Part shown: positions 7,601-15,472 of the stretch, in pieces
Layout of the letters: every line of letters begins with the position of its first letter
Position numbering within the stretch: the first letter of the stretch is position 1
From: Candidatus Eiseniibacteriota bacterium
GTDB taxonomy: Bacteria; Eisenbacteria; RBG-16-71-46
Direction of reading: 5' to 3'
Length of the DNA: 19,848 bases
NCBI GenBank assembly: GCA_031366795.1
Contig: JANLOX010000196.1
Span: forward strand, 1 to 19,848
Position numbers and translations under genes: made by a program
Notes under the pieces: model-generated
Seen by the model: only the letters and a program-made list of their open reading frames with translations
What the model was told of the DNA's origin: nothing
Database searches by the model: none

Positions 7601-10600
7601 GCTGCAACCAGTGCGGCAACTGCCATCTCGATTGCCCGCGCGGTGGCATCACCACGAAGGCCGAGCTGACGGTGCAGAACGACCGCGCGCTGATGCGGCA
7701 GCGGTTCCGCAACTGGACGGCGCTCAACATGGTGAAGCTCGCGGTGATCATCGACGCGCTCAATATCGAGAGCGGGGCGCTCTCCGCGGACGGCGTCGTG
7801 GCGCACCGCGACCGTTTGATTGATGACATCCGCCAACTGCGCGGCCGGACAGACTTGCTCGATATGCCCAAGCACCCCGCCGCGGCTGAGCCGGCGCCGC
7901 CCGCGGAAGCCGCAGCCGCGGAACACGACTCGTGCCGCGTCGGCTCGCTTGCCGTCTCCGAGCCCGTGACGATTGAGGCGATCTGGGAATCTGCGCGCCG
8001 CTCCTACAACGGCGGCAACAATCGCGGCGGCGGCATCGATTTCGCGGGATTTGCTCCCACGCCGCTGCGCGATCGCGCCTGCCTCGTGTTCAACACCATC
8101 GGCCCGGACCGCGCCGACACCATGCGCGAGATGCTGGGCCACCTGGCGGGTTGTGCGGTGTTCGATGCCCTCGGTCACGAGATCCCCGCCGCTCAAGTCG
8201 CAACGCGCCTCGATGAGTTCCGCCTGCCCGTGCGCGAGCGCTACGACTCCGAATTCGGCTGGCGCGATGCCGGGTTACGCGAGAATCCTGGCGACGTCTA
8301 CACTTTGTTCGTCGAGCCGCGTGCGGACGTGATGTCGCGCTATGCCGCGACCCTGCTCGACAGCCCGCACTGGCTGCAGCGGCGGACGAAGTATGGCGAC
8401 CTGAAGTCCGAATTGATGTTGGCAGCGATGGCCGGCCTCGACGCCGCGCGCGCCGCGATGGCAACCGCGGGGGCGACCGCCGACGCCACGACGCTCGAGC
8501 GGCTGGCCGCCTTCGCGACCGACGTGCGCGAGGAATACTTCACGGCACTCGCGCACCTGATCGATTCACGCTACTACCGCACCCATGCACCTGCGGGCTC
8601 GCCGCCGCCCCCGGGCAAGTACGCCGCCAAGCGGCGTGGCTTCGTGGTGTCGATGGGCGAGGATCTCGCCGCCGTCAAGATGTCGGGCTGGACGCACACG
8701 ATCCCCGAGTACTTCGACTTCGACCGCTTCTGGGCGAACTATCCCGGCGCGCGCGAGCAGGGCGGCATCAACGTTACGCAGAAGGGCCGTACCTTTCGCA
8801 CCACCGCGCTGCACGCGCATGTGTGGGGAATGCATCATCGCTACCCCACGAATTCGCCGGCGATCGATGCGGAAGGCCGTGGCAATCCCGCGGGTGCCCA
8901 CCCCTTCAAGGGCTACAACGTGCTGCTGATGCACAACGGCGAGCAGGTCGCGGTCGACTCGACCGCGCCGTTCCTCAGTGAATTCGGCTACGTGCACGGC
9001 GATGAGAGCATGGGTGAGGGGCACGCGTTGGTGCACGGCGACTCGGTCTACGAGCGCAAGGCGCTGACGGACACGGAGTACGCCGCCTACCTCGTCGACT
9101 TTACGCGGCGTGTGCTGGGCCTGAGCACCGAGGATGCGAGCCAGGTGATCTCGCCCATCACGGGGATCGATCTCGCCGCGATGGACGAGGAGCGCCGCAT
9201 CCGGCTCAAGGCGCTGATGACGAACTACGTCCAGCTCACGCCGACAGGCCCCTACAAGTTCACCATCGTGGAGTCGCGCGGGCGCACGCTCGTCGATCCG
9301 GCCAACGGCCGCGTCACCCACGAGCGTCGCGTCGGCTTCCGCGAGAACATGGACATCAAGTTCCTGCGCCCGCACGAAATTGCGGTGTCGGTCGACTCCG
9401 CCGCGGGCGGCGTGCACGCCGTCGCCAACGGGAGTGAGGCGAAAATCGCCGACAGCATGCTGCGTACGCTGCACGCCCAGGGCGTGCTGGCCGACGTCGG
9501 CAGCGACCTGCGCTTCAGCATGCGGCCAGGCGGGAATCCGGGGCGGCGCGACTTCGGTGGTGTCGTCGAAGCATTCACCGTGCGCGGCAGCGGGCGCATC
9601 GATCTGCGCAATCGCTTTGGCGAAAGCGTTGAAGTCGAGCGCTCTGGCGTGAAGGTCGACCTGGCCGTCCCGCTGGAGCGCGCAATCCAATCAGCGCGTC
9701 CTGTGTGGATCGGGCTGTGCGACGAGCGGCTGCGCCAGTTGAGCTCCGTGCTGTCCGGGGCCGGCGGCATCTCGCGCGGGCGCCTGTTCGGACCCGATGA
9801 CCTGCTGCCCGCCGCCGCGAACGAATTGATCGAGGTCGTGCTCGACCAGGCGCGCACGCTGACGTTCGAGGACGTGCGCTACCTGACCGAGCTCGCTCTG
9901 CCGCTATTCGCGCGCAATGGCGATGCCTTCCGCGCCGCTGCCCTGCGCGTGCTCACGGAGCTCCGCAAGCGGCTCACGCTTTGCGATCTCGGTGGCAAGG
10001 CGCTCTCCAGCGTGGAGTACCTGGTGGACGGCGGGCGCTCGGGCCAGGGGGCCGCGGAGGGCGGCATCGTTCGCGTGCTCGACGAGGTGCCCGCGCTGCA
10101 CGAGGCGCTCGTGAAGGCGAATCCCGGCGGCCCCCGCTATGGCCGGCTGACGCTTGCGACGCGCGACGATCTCTCAGGCCCGGGCGATGCCGCGCGCGAC
10201 GTGCTGGTGATCGACTTCGCCGGGTTCGAGAGCGAGTCGTTCGGACTCGATTCCGCTTCCCGCATCGTCAGCGCCGCCGTGCGCATGGGCTGGCGCAACA
10301 TCATCGGCTACGGCTTCATCGGCGGCCCGCGCTACGTGGGAACGAATCTCGCAGGCCTCGATGGGACGGCCGCGCGTGGTGTCGTCATCGAACTCTACGG
10401 CAGCGAATTCGGCGACTTCATCGGCGCGCTGCTCGAGGGCGGCACGCAGGTGTGGGTCTACGGTCAGGGGCAGAGCCACGTCGGCATGAAGGCGGACGAG
10501 GGCTACCTGTTCGTGCTGCAGGACGCGTTGAACACCTGCATGTACGCAGCGCACGGCGGCACGATCAGCGTGTGGGAGACGGGCTCACGCTTCGCCGTTG

Positions 10601-11130
10601 CCGGCCAGAACAAAGTGCTCGCCGCCGATGGCAAGACGCTGGCGCAGGGCTTCAAGTCGATCCACTTCGGCTCACCGAATGAGTACGCCTTCGAATACCT
10701 GATGGCCGGCGGCGACAATTCGCTGCACGTCGTGATGGGACTGCGCAAGCCCAACGCGCAGGGCGAGCTGTCGCTCAAGTCGCGGCCGTACGGCGGTAAG
10801 TTCTTCATGTCGGGCGCAGCCGCGGGCCGCGTGTTCGTGTTCGACCCGAATGTCGCGCTGCTGGCTGCGCAGTACCACGGCAACGTGCTGTCCTCGATCC
10901 CGCCGCAGGAATGGGCGAAGGAAGTAGCACCGTTCATCGCGACCGAAGCGAAGCGCCGCGGCCTGCCGATTCGGATCGACGGCGAATACCTGACGATGCG
11001 GCTTGAGGGCCAGTGGCGCCGTTGGCGTTACGACGAGGCGTTCGCGCGGCTCGTGCCCATTGCGGTGTCGAAGGCGGCGGAACAGCAAGGCCTGACTGCC
11101 CCCTCGCTGGTGCAGATCGTGGGGGAGTAG
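4621..11130 (+). CDS. Glutamate synthase large-subunit (GltB)-related multidomain protein with permuted order: central-like/degenerate barrel, FMN-binding synthase domain, class II (Ntn) glutamine amidotransferase, GXGXG domain
   Basis: FMN domain: SSGEGG, EIKINQGAKPGKGGRLSGAKV (7021-7083), SPDPKHDIYSIED, ASGGLR..LIAGAD, and cluster motif CNQCGNCHLDCP (7603-7638). Amidotransferase: EHDSCRVG (7921-7944), NRGGG, HHRYPTN (8833-8853), AHPF, HNGE (8932-8943), TDTE, GPY, DIKFLRP. Glycine-repeat C-terminus: ELYGSEFGDFIGALLEGG..VYGQGQSHVG..AHGG..MSGAAAGRVFV. RBS AAGGGAG lies 6 nt before the GTG. Confidence 0.88.
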   Translation: MTTVAGSPLNAADAISAWEDVLTLVVEPESPRVGDRARARRLLSFLLQRAGVEEAAFWALPKGRRGRLFLSRYSRAARDIAALEISAFDLDKALKERFRDEPLTVGAQWHHGYWRSYFSHAAITHPANDGLREEFSTAWDIVRKHPAVVFRTATGQSVTTLNAVRLDLPMIVGPLPHSDGITMERAYLEAIASADASHELHTRSLLVMEWASVLAELPALLPHAANLLARLGPRDVAVLDARGEEPEALRDFLSATRVVELAWTPTIAAALERIRVRFPRLLVSVWMRYSGEVCGAANDAEGAPRDFWLALEQVASHEGVALIHYHSGATKSYRLTPRIDAYLKARFLRARVQLVSAGGTTDTQASAATVYESVLLGANGGAMTHIASIALAPGLIDVHHGADLAPVHRALRDASPKALRDLAIHTIGCWQHSILDFLSCMGIDDIQKTSGNTMAITMTEDWIRDVDVLATREFGELNAALNTRRVKAEPVPGAVRDRYRVSALLREVTPDLPLALAAQVLAHENVNFHLQNTNRNLSADFLDVIYRMAAGELPRAEDFFIESDMGTMSLDGVELKLSQASLRAALERLHREPELLDYISLAVPRGFLRPGAVPSGAGVAVHRAMPLGVSRGPGEVLAQFDADATGGFEQCFEHGHELEGALRDEAPVWLVARDAEGGETRIELTALGHGGKGYTVLRASSDGAVTLRREPAGGLVLSGFGFREPIWHAPVSHASISLGAASEEFLVARIEGNAGLAMTSSGEGGPIRLAADSDMAWESMQAASGHFGIHAADLRRVRDVEIKINQGAKPGKGGRLSGAKVTPTVSKARNIPAGTNALSPDPKHDIYSIEDMPAEVWMWLLYRNYCGIKITGSNYTRYVAAGMWSNFVVDYLLIDAGIGGSGNYHADSSHVGWPDIFRTILHTHHALVAEKVDLERTGELTTIRDMNGSPFGAQGGTRLFASGGLRGELDMIKVLIAGADGLVEASIGKAVAFGCNQCGNCHLDCPRGGITTKAELTVQNDRALMRQRFRNWTALNMVKLAVIIDALNIESGALSADGVVAHRDRLIDDIRQLRGRTDLLDMPKHPAAAEPAPPAEAAAAEHDSCRVGSLAVSEPVTIEAIWESARRSYNGGNNRGGGIDFAGFAPTPLRDRACLVFNTIGPDRADTMREMLGHLAGCAVFDALGHEIPAAQVATRLDEFRLPVRERYDSEFGWRDAGLRENPGDVYTLFVEPRADVMSRYAATLLDSPHWLQRRTKYGDLKSELMLAAMAGLDAARAAMATAGATADATTLERLAAFATDVREEYFTALAHLIDSRYYRTHAPAGSPPPPGKYAAKRRGFVVSMGEDLAAVKMSGWTHTIPEYFDFDRFWANYPGAREQGGINVTQKGRTFRTTALHAHVWGMHHRYPTNSPAIDAEGRGNPAGAHPFKGYNVLLMHNGEQVAVDSTAPFLSEFGYVHGDESMGEGHALVHGDSVYERKALTDTEYAAYLVDFTRRVLGLSTEDASQVISPITGIDLAAMDEERRIRLKALMTNYVQLTPTGPYKFTIVESRGRTLVDPANGRVTHERRVGFRENMDIKFLRPHEIAVSVDSAAGGVHAVANGSEAKIADSMLRTLHAQGVLADVGSDLRFSMRPGGNPGRRDFGGVVEAFTVRGSGRIDLRNRFGESVEVERSGVKVDLAVPLERAIQSARPVWIGLCDERLRQLSSVLSGAGGISRGRLFGPDDLLPAAANELIEVVLDQARTLTFEDVRYLTELALPLFARNGDAFRAAALRVLTELRKRLTLCDLGGKALSSVEYLVDGGRSGQGAAEGGIVRVLDEVPALHEALVKANPGGPRYGRLTLATRDDLSGPGDAARDVLVIDFAGFESESFGLDSASRIVSAAVRMGWRNIIGYGFIGGPRYVGTNLAGLDGTAARGVVIELYGSEFGDFIGALLEGGTQVWVYGQGQSHVGMKADEGYLFVLQDALNTCMYAAHGGTISVWETGSRFAVAGQNKVLAADGKTLAQGFKSIHFGSPNEYAFEYLMAGGDNSLHVVMGLRKPNAQGELSLKSRPYGGKFFMSGAAAGRVFVFDPNVALLAAQYHGNVLSSIPPQEWAKEVAPFIATEAKRRGLPIRIDGEYLTMRLEGQWRRWRYDEAFARLVPIAVSKAAEQQGLTAPSLVQIVGE

Positions 11131-11137
11131 CGGACGC

Positions 11138-12067
11138 ATGGGTGCTTCCACGAGACCGCCGGTCATCGAAGTCTCCCACTTGCGCAAGACCTACGGGTCC
11201 ACGGTGGCCGTCGAAGATGTCTCGTTCGAGGTGTACGCGGGGGAGATCTTCGGCCTGATCGGGCCCAACGGCGCCGGCAAGACCACGACGATGGAGTGCA
11301 TCGAGGGCATCCGGAGGCCCGATGGCGGCGCGATGTCCATTCTCGGGCTCGATCCGCGACGCGACGCCCATGCGCTGCAGAACCGCATCGGCGTGCAGCT
11401 CCAGCAGGCGCAATTGCAGAAGCGGATTCGTGTCTGGGAGGCGGTGGATCTGTGGTCGTCGCTCTACCCGCGTTCCGTCGATGGGCGTGTCCTACTCGAG
11501 CAGCTCGGGCTCACGGAGAAGCGCAACGCCTCGTTCATGAGCCTGTCCGGCGGCCAGAAGCAGCGGCTGTTCGTGGCACTCGCGCTGATCAACGACCCCG
11601 AGGTGGTGTTCCTCGATGAGCTGACGACGGGCCTCGACCCGCAGGCGCGACGGGCGATCTGGGATCTCGTCATGGGGATTCGCAGCCGCGGGAAGACCGT
11701 GTTTCTCACCACGCACCTGATGGAAGAAGCCGAGCGGTTGTGCGATCGCGTGGCGATCATCGAACACGGCAAGCTGATCGAGCTCGGCGCCCCAGCGGAG
11801 CTCGTGCGCAAGCATTGCCCGCAACGCGGTGTCGTGTTCTCGAGCGACCGGCAAGGTCTCACGCCCGAGCTCGAGCGGATTCCCGGCGTCGACTCGGTGC
11901 AGGCGGCGGACTCGAGCTACACCGTCGAGGGCCGCGGGGATGCATTCGTCACCGAAGTCATCCGCTTCATCGCCGAGCAACAACTCACCGTGCGTGACTT
12001 CAGAACCGTGTTCCCGACGCTCGAGGATGTCTTCCTTAAGCTCACGGGCCACGGGATCAGGGACTGA
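11138..12067 (+). CDS. ABC transporter ATP-binding protein (ABC-2/DrrA-like exporter)
   Basis: Walker A GPNGAGKTT, signature LSGGQ, Walker B VVFLDE plus D-loop LD, H-loop TTH. Starts 7 nt after the giant gene. Confidence 0.95.
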   Translation: MGASTRPPVIEVSHLRKTYGSTVAVEDVSFEVYAGEIFGLIGPNGAGKTTTMECIEGIRRPDGGAMSILGLDPRRDAHALQNRIGVQLQQAQLQKRIRVWEAVDLWSSLYPRSVDGRVLLEQLGLTEKRNASFMSLSGGQKQRLFVALALINDPEVVFLDELTTGLDPQARRAIWDLVMGIRSRGKTVFLTTHLMEEAERLCDRVAIIEHGKLIELGAPAELVRKHCPQRGVVFSSDRQGLTPELERIPGVDSVQAADSSYTVEGRGDAFVTEVIRFIAEQQLTVRDFRTVFPTLEDVFLKLTGHGIRD

Positions 12068-12819
12068 TGACCATGGTACGTGGACTGTTCAAGCTGACCC
12101 TGCTCGAGATCAAGATCTTCGTGCGCGAGCCACTCGGGTTCGTCGGGACCGTGCTGATCCCGGTCGCGATGTTCCTGCTGCTCGGGCGCACATTCAGCTC
12201 GAACGGGGATCATTCCACGCAGGGCGCGCAGCTGCTAACTCAACGCCTTCCCATCTTCGCCACGGTGTTCATCGCCATCAGCGCCGCGCTTTCGCTGGTG
12301 TCGGTCATCTCGATCTACCGCGAGGGCGGCATTCTCAAACGCCTGCGCGCCACGCCGCTGCGTCCCGCCGTCATCCTGGGCGCGCACGTTCTCGTGAAGC
12401 TGCTGTTCACCGGGCTGTCGCTGGGGCTCATGGCGCTGATGGGAAGGCGCTTCCTCCCGGCCGGTTTCGAACCGCATCTCATGGGCTTCTCGCTCGCAGT
12501 GGCGTTGAGCACTCTGGCGATCCTCAGCATGGGTTTCGTCATCGCCAGCATCGTCCCCACCGCGCGGTTCGCCCAGCCCATCGGCAGCGCGATCCTCTAC
12601 CCGATGCTCGCGCTCTCCGGAATGTTCGTACCGTTGGAGGCGTTCCCCAAAGGATGGGCGATGCTCGGCAATCTGTTGCCGGTCACCCATGCGGTGTCGC
12701 TCATTCAGGGCGCGTGGGTGGGCGCACCGTGGCTCGAGTTATTGCCCCATGCCGGCGTGCTCGTGCTGACGATCGCCGTGTGCCTCGTGCTGACCAACAG
12801 GGTGTTTCGCTGGGAATAA
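12067..12819 (+). CDS. ABC-2 type transporter permease
   Basis: About six hydrophobic segments; YREGGILKRLRATP and LSGMFVP..P motifs typical of ABC-2 membrane subunits. TGATG stop/start overlap with the ATPase gene. Confidence 0.93.
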   Translation: MTMVRGLFKLTLLEIKIFVREPLGFVGTVLIPVAMFLLLGRTFSSNGDHSTQGAQLLTQRLPIFATVFIAISAALSLVSVISIYREGGILKRLRATPLRPAVILGAHVLVKLLFTGLSLGLMALMGRRFLPAGFEPHLMGFSLAVALSTLAILSMGFVIASIVPTARFAQPIGSAILYPMLALSGMFVPLEAFPKGWAMLGNLLPVTHAVSLIQGAWVGAPWLELLPHAGVLVLTIAVCLVLTNRVFRWE

Positions 12820-12892
12820 TCGGCCGCCGAAACAGGCATTTGAACGCTGCCGCGCCGTGTTGCCGATGGAGGCGAGTTTGGCGTGTGTTGGG

Positions 12893-12921
12893 TTGAATCG
12901 GCATGCGCGATGCCCTAGTTT
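12893..12921 (+). promoter_or_regulatory. Putative sigma70-type promoter for a leaderless transcript
   Basis: TTGAAT (12893-12898), 17-nt spacer, TAGTTT (12916-12921). The GTG start at 12928 lies 6 nt after the -10 box and has no Shine-Dalgarno. Confidence 0.5.
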
Positions 12922-12927
12922 TCCTCG

Positions 12928-14907
12928 GTGATTGAAAGACTGAAGAGTTGGCTGATCGGTGGGCGGAAGAATCTCTTCGACCCGCAGATTCACCACCAAC
13001 TTGCGTTAATCGCTTTCTTTGCCTGGGTCGGCCTCGGTTCTGACGGTCTGTCGTCATCCTCCTACGGCCCCGAAGAAGCATTCCTGGCACTCGGCCACCA
13101 TTCCCACCTCGCCCTCTACCTGGCGGTGGCGATGGTGCTCACCGTATTTCTTATCTCCGCCTCCTATAGCCAGATTATCGAGCAGTTCCCGGGCGGCGGT
13201 GGTGGCTACCTCGTCGCGACCAAGCTGCTGGGACCGACGATGGGTGTCATCTCGGGAGGCGCGCTGGTCGTCGACTACATGCTGACGGTCGCTACCTCGG
13301 TCGCCTCAGGTTGTGATGCGATCTATTCATTCCTGCCGGCCGGGATGCATGGCACCAAATTGATCTCGGAATTTTTCGTGATCGGCGGCCTCACCGCGCT
13401 CAACCTGCGCGGGGTCAAGGAATCGGTAAAGACTCTCGTTCCCATCTTTATCGCGTTCGTGATCACCCACCTGGCGCTGATCCTGTACGGCATCTTCTCG
13501 CACGGGCAGGCACTGGGTTCGCTCACGGTGGATACCATCAACGATACGCACCTTGCGATTCAGGAATTGGGGACGTTGGGAGTGCTGGCCATCTTCCTGC
13601 GCGCGTTCTCGCTGGGCGGCGGGACGTTCACCGGAATCGAGGCTGTGAGCAATGGCGTGCAGATCCTGCGCGAGCCGCGCGTTCACACGGCGAAGAAGAC
13701 GATGCTCTACATGGCGACGTCGCTGAGCTTCACGGCGGGTGGCATCCTGCTGTGCTACCTGCTCAACGATGTCCATCACACGGCAGGCCAGACGCTCAAT
13801 GCCTCGCTGTGGAGCCAGCTGACGCAACACTGGCACATCGGCCGGTTCCAGTTGTCCCCCTTGGTCACCGGCATCACGTTGTTGTCCGAGGGTCTGCTGC
13901 TGTTTCTCGCGGCCCAAACCGGTTTCATCGACGGCCCGAGAACCCTGTCGGTCATGGCGGTCGATCATTGGGTGCCGAAGCGATTCGCGCATCTGTCCGA
14001 GCGGCTGGTTACCCAGAACGGCATCCTCATCATGGCCGCCGCCACGATCGTCGTTCTTGGCTACACGCACGGCGACGTGCGCCTGCTCGTCGTGATGTAC
14101 TCGATCAACGTGTTCATCACGTTCACGCTATCCCAGATGGGAATGGTGCGGCACTGGTGGCAGGTGCGGAAGACTGTCCCGCATTGGCGCCGCGCTTTCC
14201 TGCTCGCGGTGGTGGGAACCCTCGTTACCGGAACCATCCTGATCATTACGTCGGTGGTGAAGTTCGGCGAAGGCGGATGGGTAACGCTGGTCGCGACCGG
14301 CATATTCGTCGGGCTCTGCTTTCTCGTGCGCACGCACTACGATCACGTGCGCAATGTGCTTCGGCATCTCGACGAACAGCTTACCAACCTGCCCATGTCC
14401 ACGCCCGCGGTGAGCCCCGCCTTAGTCCCCGAGGGTCCGACGGCGGTCGTGCTGGTCGAGTCCTATGCGGGGCTGGGCATCCACACGCTGCTCTCGGTTC
14501 ACCGGATGTTCCCGCGCCATTTCAAGAACTACGTCTTTGTGTCGGTCGGGCAGGTCGATTCCGGGCAGTTCAAGGGCGCCGAGGCCATTGAAGCACTCGG
14601 GCTCCAGTGCCGCGACAGCCTCGAGCGATATGTTGAGCTGGCGAACCAGATGGGTTGCTATGCCGAGTCTCGCTACGCGGTGGGTACGGATCTCATCGAA
14701 GAGCTCGAGCGCATGACGCTGGTGCTGACCAAGGAGTTCCGGCGCACCATCGTGTTTGCCGGGCAACTCGTGTTCCAGCGCGAAACCATCTTCACCCGGG
14801 CGCTGCACCATGAGACGGCATTTTCAATCCAGCGCCGCCTGCAGTTCGCCGGCATCCAGGTCATCATTCTTCCGATCAGGGTCTGGGAGCAGCATCGATC
14901 CGCTTAA
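12928..14907 (+). CDS. APC-superfamily permease, KimA/YdaO-like (putative K+ or amino-acid transporter) with soluble C-terminal domain
   Basis: About 12 hydrophobic segments. Motifs DGLSSSSYGPEE, GGGGYLVA, ALVVDYMLTVATSVASG, LNLRGVKES and LRAFSLGGGTFTGIEAVSNG resemble the YdaO/KimA family. Ends in an alpha/beta cytoplasmic tail. Confidence 0.85.
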   Translation: MIERLKSWLIGGRKNLFDPQIHHQLALIAFFAWVGLGSDGLSSSSYGPEEAFLALGHHSHLALYLAVAMVLTVFLISASYSQIIEQFPGGGGGYLVATKLLGPTMGVISGGALVVDYMLTVATSVASGCDAIYSFLPAGMHGTKLISEFFVIGGLTALNLRGVKESVKTLVPIFIAFVITHLALILYGIFSHGQALGSLTVDTINDTHLAIQELGTLGVLAIFLRAFSLGGGTFTGIEAVSNGVQILREPRVHTAKKTMLYMATSLSFTAGGILLCYLLNDVHHTAGQTLNASLWSQLTQHWHIGRFQLSPLVTGITLLSEGLLLFLAAQTGFIDGPRTLSVMAVDHWVPKRFAHLSERLVTQNGILIMAAATIVVLGYTHGDVRLLVVMYSINVFITFTLSQMGMVRHWWQVRKTVPHWRRAFLLAVVGTLVTGTILIITSVVKFGEGGWVTLVATGIFVGLCFLVRTHYDHVRNVLRHLDEQLTNLPMSTPAVSPALVPEGPTAVVLVESYAGLGIHTLLSVHRMFPRHFKNYVFVSVGQVDSGQFKGAEAIEALGLQCRDSLERYVELANQMGCYAESRYAVGTDLIEELERMTLVLTKEFRRTIVFAGQLVFQRETIFTRALHHETAFSIQRRLQFAGIQVIILPIRVWEQHRSA

Positions 14908-14919
14908 GTGCCGCCACCA

Positions 14920-15456
14920 CTAATGAGTCACCACTCCGAGCCGCAGCTGAAACGAACCGCCCTGATCGCCCTCAACGATCTGTGACCAGCGACGCCAGCG
15001 CACGGCAAGGGTCCAGTTGCAGCCCGCGGGGCGGCGCGCCCGCAGGCCGGCGCCGAATTCCGCGGCGGCCGCTGAGAGATGGCTCGCCCCGCCCGGCGCC
15101 ACGACCGCGCCCGTGCCGGGCTCCACGAGCCGCGGGTAGGGGCGCGACAGCGTGACCATGCCCGTGCCCGCCTCGACAAATGGTTCGACGCGGTTGCCGG
15201 GAAACGCGATGCGCAGCCCCAACAATTCGGAGACCTGGACTTTTCCGCCGCCACCTTCGACAAGCACGATGGACTGTTGTGGGTAGTACGAGGTGACAAG
15301 CTGGGGCTCGCGCGCCAGAGGATAGTGTTCGAAGCCCAGCTCGAACGTTGCCGAGACGACGCGGCCGAGCCGACATTCACAGCCCTGCTGCCGCCCGAAT
15401 GTACCTCTATCCCGCTCGACGGGCGCAACAGCGGTTTGCCGGGAGGCAATACACAC
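14920..15456 (-). CDS. Hypothetical protein, possibly an outer-membrane beta-barrel fragment; start uncertain
   Basis: Alternating-pattern strands (ATFELGFEHY, ELLGLRIAF, VEPFVEAGTGMV, EFGAGLRAR, SFQLRLGVVTH). The ORF fills the gap between the permease and the P450 and stops 12 nt from the convergent permease stop. A minus-strand AGGAGG lies at 15473-15468. No clear signal peptide. Confidence 0.45.
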   Translation of the reverse strand: MCIASRQTAVAPVERDRGTFGRQQGCECRLGRVVSATFELGFEHYPLAREPQLVTSYYPQQSIVLVEGGGGKVQVSELLGLRIAFPGNRVEPFVEAGTGMVTLSRPYPRLVEPGTGAVVAPGGASHLSAAAAEFGAGLRARRPAGCNWTLAVRWRRWSQIVEGDQGGSFQLRLGVVTH

Positions 15457-15472
15457 ATTTCGCGTGGCCTCC

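Noticed and set aside
7921..7944. Intein at the internal Cys of the giant protein
   Set aside because: No intein block B or terminal HN-C/S/T and no homing-endonuclease motifs seen; the downstream sequence is a coherent Ntn amidotransferase.
2349..11130. Methylamine N-methylglutamate pathway (gmaS + mgsABC) interpretation
   Set aside because: GmaS is a GSI-sized (about 450 aa) protein, whereas this is a full GSIII with all family motifs. No mgd/sox-like genes are in the window. Not strictly excluded for the synthase.
12899..12913. Sigma54 promoter (GG-N10-GC)
   Set aside because: Only a partial match (CGGCATG..ATGC); a correctly spaced sigma70-type -35/-10 pair explains the region better.
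12820..12927. c-di-AMP (ydaO) riboswitch before the KimA-like gene
   Set aside because: The intergenic region is about 108 nt, shows no recognisable consensus, and the transcript looks leaderless.
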